A stretch of 63,435 nucleotides of DNA, the filler included, from Ministeria vibrans ATCC 50519 (lineage: Eukaryota; Protista; Filasterea), in NCBI GenBank assembly GCA_943704425.1. It is 4 parts of 4 records of this genome, joined end to end, with 100 filler letters (N's around TTAATTAATTAA, not from the genome) between each part and the next. Parts side by side here need not be neighbours in the genome. Positions count along the whole stretch, not along the records: positions 62,062 to 63,435 come from CALSCP010002767.1; 3 more parts are not named here. One strand, written 5' to 3'. A model generated the notes under the pieces. That model was not told the DNA's origin and did no database searches. It saw nothing but the letters and a program-made list of their open reading frames with translations. The position numbers and the translations under genes are program-made. The first letter of the stretch is position 1. Each line of letters opens with the position of its first letter. This document shows positions 63,267 through 63,435 of this stretch, piece by piece.

Positions 63267-63435
63267 CCCACTGATGCACCCATGAAAAGAATGTACGGAG
63301 GCACAGGTAATGATAAATGATAATAATAATAATAAGAATAATAAGTATAATAATAATAGTATAATGATAATAATGCTAATAATGATAATAATGATAATAA
63401 TGATAATAATAATAATAATATTTATTATTAATAAT

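Overview
Eukaryotic nuclear DNA from a compact, intron-rich genome. It has GT-AG introns of about 40-470 bp, microsatellite-filled introns and very short intergenic spacers. The gene content (EGF/Sushi receptor, PTB protein, transgelin, ARID5B-type BAH, ER-type UGT) suggests a unicellular holozoan or related protist; this is inference. The window is a scaffold with N-gaps, three of which carry an artificial TTAATTAATTAA linker. About 28 genes or gene fragments were reconstructed by hand, and family calls come from motif recognition, not database searches. Main candidate novel systems: (1) a five-exon heliorhodopsin (8226-9543), missed by the ORF track, with an unusual Asp next to the Schiff-base Lys. 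It lies head-to-head (217 bp between ATGs) with a bacterial-type 2TM-GAF-PAS-class IIIb nucleotidyl cyclase, suggesting a light-to-cyclic-nucleotide module. (2) A single-exon 3036-aa Notch-like receptor in which two complete type-1 blue-copper (cupredoxin) domains are inserted inside EGF repeats. Also notable: a tandem pair of orphan paralogues with repeated NES-like motifs, an isolated EF-1alpha fragment, a dispersed ~120-bp retroposon-like element, an intron-specific minisatellite family, and a SPCA ATPase gene interrupted by a probably mis-joined block.
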